NCBI RefSeq assembly: GCF_000237865.1
Contig: NC_017459.1
Span: forward strand, 330,001-362,000
Length of the DNA: 32,000 nucleotides
Source: Haloquadratum walsbyi C23
GTDB lineage: Archaea; Halobacteriota; Halobacteria; Halobacteriales; Haloferacaceae
Reading direction: 5' to 3'
Each line of letters opens with the position of its first letter. The stretch's first letter is position 1. The position numbers were made by a program, and so were the translations under genes. This document shows positions 28,119 to 32,000 of this stretch, piece after piece. Below the pieces are notes generated by a model. It was given only the letters and a program-made list of their open reading frames with translations. It made no database searches and was not told the DNA's origin.

Positions 28119-28366
28119 ATGCGAATCCACCGAGATAGCAGGCAGAGTGTCTTGGCGCTTTAATATGACCCCGAGGGTGAATGCCGTAAGCTCCAGTGAA
28201 CAAGCTCCGTTACATTTAATCATAAATATATACATCTGTATGCGAAATCAGTATTAAATCGACGGTGAAGAAGCTCTTAATGATGAAGTCTCCTTGCAAG
28301 GAGTTTGGGAATAGCGCCTATGTTTAGCGTCTCAAAACGCTGGCGCGGGGCTGATGTGAAAGTCGT

Positions 28367-28417
28367 CTGTATAGGCAGTACAAGGCGACTACCTCGGGGC
28401 TTGACCCCGGCGTTCAC
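28367..28417 (-). repeat. Family-1 palindromic repeat, short copy without the hexamer loop
   Basis: The reverse complement is GTGAACGCCGGGGTCAAGCCCCGAGGTAGTCGCCTTGTACTGCCTATACAG. It shares a 23-nt identical run (GGGGTCAAGCCCCGAGGTAGTCG) with 18094-18116. Confidence 0.65.
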
Positions 28418-28677
28418 CTCAGAACCACCGAAACCGATCAAGAATGACGCAGACACAGACTCTCACAAAGACGCTCGTGTCCAAGACAAGCGAATTCCCC
28501 GGTGTCTAAAACCACCTGAAAAACTGATATTCTAGTGTAGTGGCAATATATCTCTTCAGCGGTATCCACGCAAATAGGCGAGAGAACATATGACAGATAT
28601 GATATAATATGGTGCCTATTTCATTTTTGACACATATCTGGTCACACTGATATCCAAGCTAAGGAGAATATTTGCAA

Positions 28678-28762
28678 CGCCGAGGGTGAGATTTGAACTC
28701 ACGTGTCCGAACGGACAGCAGATTTCGAATCTGCCGCCTTGACCAGGCTAGGCTACCTCGGC
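28678..28762 (-). tRNA. tRNA-Ser (anticodon CGA), class II with a long variable arm
   Basis: The reverse complement is GCCGAGGUAGCCUAGCCUGGUCAAGGCGGCAGAUUCGAAAUCUGCUGUCCGUUCGGACACGUGAGUUCAAAUCUCACCCUCGGCG. It has a 7-bp acceptor stem, anticodon loop UUCGAAA, variable-arm hairpin GUCCG-UUCG-GAC and T-loop GUUCAAAUC. Confidence 0.9.
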
Positions 28763-28816
28763 TTGATATATACTATTCGATATGACAATTAATCGGTTTC
28801 GATTTCATTGAGTTCG

Positions 28817-29275
28817 CTATGTTTCTGCTCGGGCGGACAGGGCTGATAATGTCGCCGCTTCTCGAATATCACGGAGTGAGCAGTACCATGCACCGCGGAC
28901 ACCATGCCCATCATTTTCGACGGGAGATTCGAGTGGAACAAGCTCATCCCAGATAAATACAATAACAGTGCGTTCTGTAGAAAACGGGTCAATGAGCGTT
29001 TCCCAGTCTTCAGCCGTCATCGGGCCATCAGTCCCACGATGTTGTTCAACTCGGTCTGTTACACGTGCATAATGTGTGATTGCAGAAATTGGTGCTGTCC
29101 GGTAGAACGCAAGATATTCAAATGACTGACGGGTTCTGTCATATGATTTTGGCGACGGATAGAGACCATCGCGACAGCGCTCAAATGTATCTGGTTGTGT
29201 CGCCACAACACAGACACTCCCATCGCCAGGAGCGTCATCAGACGGCGTATCCGTGGCAAACCGATCGAGATCCAT
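28817..29275 (-). CDS. Hypothetical protein, 152 aa
   Basis: ORF trimmed to MDLDRFATD at 29275. Acidic halophile-type composition. Divergent from the ABC transporter pair. Confidence 0.5.
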   Translation of the reverse strand: MDLDRFATDTPSDDAPGDGSVCVVATQPDTFERCRDGLYPSPKSYDRTRQSFEYLAFYRTAPISAITHYARVTDRVEQHRGTDGPMTAEDWETLIDPFSTERTVIVFIWDELVPLESPVENDGHGVRGAWYCSLRDIREAATLSALSARAET

Positions 29276-29416
29276 ATATATTGTCTGTATGCAATGCAGA
29301 AAATACCCCAGTGTCAGTTCAAACAATAACCGTATACCAGAACTAACGCGTCGTTTATCTGTACGACGGATATAATGATTGTAATGGGACGCAGTGCGGT
29401 TACATCGCTCGAGGCG

Positions 29417-30580
29417 ATGACCAAGAGAAATCAAGATGATAACTCACCGGCACTCGTTGTCGATAGTGTAGGTAAGCAATTTGGCAGTGGAGACAGTGCT
29501 GTCACTGCAGTTGACGATGTGAGTTTCAGTGTTGAACGTGGTTCAATTGTTGGATTACTTGGACCAAATGGAGCAGGAAAAACGACACTAATTAAATCTA
29601 TTCTTGGAACGGTTCTTCCAGATACAGGGACAATTCGAGTGCTCGGCACCGATGTCAAGAATGAGCGGCGAGCGGCGTATGCGAATGTTGATGCGATGCT
29701 TGAGGGTGCTCGAAACGATTATTGGCGACTCACTGTACAGGAAAACCTTCGATACTTTGCGACAATCAGCGGTATTAATCCGGACTCTGTCGCTACTCGG
29801 CATGCACGGTTACTTGAGCGGCTAGATCTCACTATGTGGGCAGATACACCGGTACGAGATCTCTCACGCGGTATGAAACAGAAAGTATCTCTCGCAAGTG
29901 TACTCGCCGGGGGAGCCGAACTTCTATTTCTTGACGAACCAACGCTTGGATTAGATGTTGAGGGATCTCGTACGCTCCGGAGTGAATTGCGTCGACTCGC
30001 GATTGAAGATGGACTGACAGTCATCCTCAGTAGCCATGATATGGCAGTCATTGAGGATGTTTGTGACCGTGTTATCGTGATGGCTGATGGGGGTATTGTT
30101 GCCGATAGCGATGTTGAAACACTTGTAGAAACGGTTGGAGGTGACCGACTCCAGATCAAAAGCAATGATCTAACTCCACGCATTGTGTCAAGACTTCGTG
30201 AACGTATCACAAAGACAGCACTCAATGCAACTATCGATAGTGACTCTGACCCTCACATTGAAGTTGAGATTTCAGAAGTATCATTGTATAGATTATTTAA
30301 TATATTAGAGGGAGCGGATGTAGAGATTGAGCAGATTCAGACAATCGAAGTCGGACTTGAGGAAGCATTAATTGAGTTGACGAGTACTCAATCACAAGCT
30401 GACACTCAAACACAGGTAGGCAGTGTGGATGAATCACATACCAAAGTGGGTGATCCATCTGTCAATAAAAACCAACAGGAAGCGAAATCACCGGGAGGCA
30501 CTGAGATATCCACTGACAGCATTCAGCGTAGTAATCATTCTGAGAGTGATATGGGCAGATCACGAGAACATGATATATGA
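29417..30580 (+). CDS. ABC transporter ATP-binding protein (ABC-2/CcmA type) with a long acidic C-terminal extension
   Basis: Walker A GPNGAGKTT, signature LSRGMKQKV, Walker B LLFLDEPTLGLD, H-loop SSHDM. A DUF4162-like domain and a low-complexity tail follow. Confidence 0.9.
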   Translation: MTKRNQDDNSPALVVDSVGKQFGSGDSAVTAVDDVSFSVERGSIVGLLGPNGAGKTTLIKSILGTVLPDTGTIRVLGTDVKNERRAAYANVDAMLEGARNDYWRLTVQENLRYFATISGINPDSVATRHARLLERLDLTMWADTPVRDLSRGMKQKVSLASVLAGGAELLFLDEPTLGLDVEGSRTLRSELRRLAIEDGLTVILSSHDMAVIEDVCDRVIVMADGGIVADSDVETLVETVGGDRLQIKSNDLTPRIVSRLRERITKTALNATIDSDSDPHIEVEISEVSLYRLFNILEGADVEIEQIQTIEVGLEEALIELTSTQSQADTQTQVGSVDESHTKVGDPSVNKNQQEAKSPGGTEISTDSIQRSNHSESDMGRSREHDI

Positions 30581-31413
30581 CCGATTCTCAACTCTTCTCT
30601 ACAGCACATCAAGACGACACAGAGCAATCAGACCCACAGCCAGCCACGTATTATCATCTCACGCGAGCAGTTCTTCTCCGTGAGTTCTTATTGTTTATTC
30701 GGTATCCGGCAAACGCGGTTGGTGGAATTGTAGTTGCTTTATTCTTTTTTATTGTGTTATTTTATGGCGGACAACTGCTAGCTGGGCGAGCATTAGCTGA
30801 TTCAATTGAGGGTATTGTTGTCGGTTACTTTCTGTGGACACTGTCATCTGGTGCGTATGCATCGATATCGAATGATATCGGAAGCGAGGTCCAATGGGGG
30901 ACACTTGAGAGACATGTCACCACACCATTCGGATTCGCGCCTGTTGCGCTACTCAAAGGTGTTGCCAAACTTGTTCGGACATTTCTCACATCGGCGGTGA
31001 TCCTTGTTGGGATGTTGCTAGTGACAGGAACTAAACTTGCATTTCCTCCGGTAACAGTCATAGTGGTTGCAGGAGCAAGTGTTGCGTCCGTACTCGGACT
31101 TGGCTTTGCTGCTGGGGGAATCACGGTATTATATAAGCGAGTTGGAACGTGGCTCGGACTTCTTCAATTTGGATTTGTTATTCTTGTTTCAGCACCTGTT
31201 TTCTCAATTCCGTGGCTTCGGGCACTTCCGTTAGCACACGGAAGTGCGCTTCTCCAGCGAGTGATGGTTGATGGGACACGCCTCTGGGAATTTAGCATCA
31301 CTGAAATCAGTCTGTTATTCGCTATTGCAGTTGTATATCTCCTTGGCGGCTATGTTGTTTTTCACTACTCAACACGCCGAGCACGACGGCTTGGTGTACT
31401 TGGCGATTATTAG
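30577..31413 (+). CDS. ABC-2 type transporter permease
   Basis: Six predicted hydrophobic helices. The start overlaps the ATPase stop (ATGA), so the two genes form an operon. Confidence 0.8.
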   Translation: MTDSQLFSTAHQDDTEQSDPQPATYYHLTRAVLLREFLLFIRYPANAVGGIVVALFFFIVLFYGGQLLAGRALADSIEGIVVGYFLWTLSSGAYASISNDIGSEVQWGTLERHVTTPFGFAPVALLKGVAKLVRTFLTSAVILVGMLLVTGTKLAFPPVTVIVVAGASVASVLGLGFAAGGITVLYKRVGTWLGLLQFGFVILVSAPVFSIPWLRALPLAHGSALLQRVMVDGTRLWEFSITEISLLFAIAVVYLLGGYVVFHYSTRRARRLGVLGDY

Positions 31414-31519
31414 TGGATTTTACTCCAGAACGACTCTTGAATGATGGGTGCAGTTGAGCGTATTGTGGTATAACTACTATGCGTAAGATGAGAGAAATTC
31501 AATATACTTCTTGTTAGTA

Positions 31520-31912
31520 TTATGACCCCCGACTTGGGGCAATGCGTGCGAGCGTCAGATATAGTCCAAACGCAGCGAGAAGTAACCCAGCGAACTGCGT
31601 GCCAGCTGTTGCAATAAATCCAACATCATACAACAATGGCGCAGCCATAAACCAACCTCCAAAGATCGTTGTTAGCACTGCTGGAGCAAGCGCAACGACA
31701 CCATCTCGGCGAAGCAGCCGAAGACTCTGAACCGCAAAAACAAGCCCGAGAAGACTGCTTGAAACGATACTTCCGGTAAATGCTGTTGATGAACCACCAA
31801 TCAATGGGGTCACACCAGCGAGTAAACAGCCAATAACTCCAATCACAGCGCTGGTGAGTAAGAATGGCTCATCCCGCTGTTCAGCACTTCGTGCATCTGA
31901 TGTGAATGACAT
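31520..31912 (-). CDS. Small integral membrane protein (4 predicted TM helices), function unknown
   Basis: 130-aa ORF made almost entirely of hydrophobic segments separated by short polar loops. Confidence 0.6.
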   Translation of the reverse strand: MSFTSDARSAEQRDEPFLLTSAVIGVIGCLLAGVTPLIGGSSTAFTGSIVSSSLLGLVFAVQSLRLLRRDGVVALAPAVLTTIFGGWFMAAPLLYDVGFIATAGTQFAGLLLAAFGLYLTLARIAPSRGS

Positions 31913-32000
31913 CCTATCTGAAAGTATGTCCGATGGTCTAAAAATTAGTGGGGGTTGCCAACTGTCATATATTCAGACTCAGAGATACTCTCCACAATCC

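Noticed and set aside
28168-28177. CCGAGGGTGA, a 10-nt match to the 3' end of tRNA-Ser (28680-28689), as a possible att-site duplication
   Set aside because: The match is short and largely explained by the CCCCGAGG core of the family-1 repeat, which resembles the tRNA acceptor stem by chance.

Overview
This window looks like chromosomal DNA from a low-GC, acid-proteome haloarchaeon, probably Haloquadratum-like. That assignment is an inference from the D/E-rich proteins, leaderless gene starts and ISH-type elements. Most of the window is housekeeping. It encodes the topA 3' end, a cold-shock protein, GGGP synthase and aspS. It also encodes the two archaeal CoA enzymes, pantoate kinase and phosphopantothenate synthetase, which flank a GC-rich antisense RNA I read as RNase P RNA. 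Further genes are a Xi-class GST, thi4, HTH-ThiN, dcd, pth2, a PAS histidine kinase and truD. There is an rpl37ae-rpoP-pcc1-pfdB cluster, a DUF2070 membrane protein, GMP synthase subunit A, an isopropylmalate/citramalate synthase, tRNA-Ser(CGA) and an ABC-2 exporter pair. I see no CRISPR array, defence island or convincing new multi-gene system. The unusual signal is non-coding. Three families of short structured repeats recur in the intergenic DNA: a palindromic hairpin family with a hexanucleotide-repeat loop, a stop-codon-proximal hairpin family, and a 142-nt element whose last 36 nt are identical in both copies. In-frame hexanucleotide microsatellites lie inside coding sequence. Two decayed IS200-type tnpA relics are present, one next to an intact IS4-family element that has a 5-bp target duplication. 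The eL43 (L37Ae) gene has lost all four zinc-binding cysteines. All product calls rest on motifs recognised by eye, and no database search was possible.
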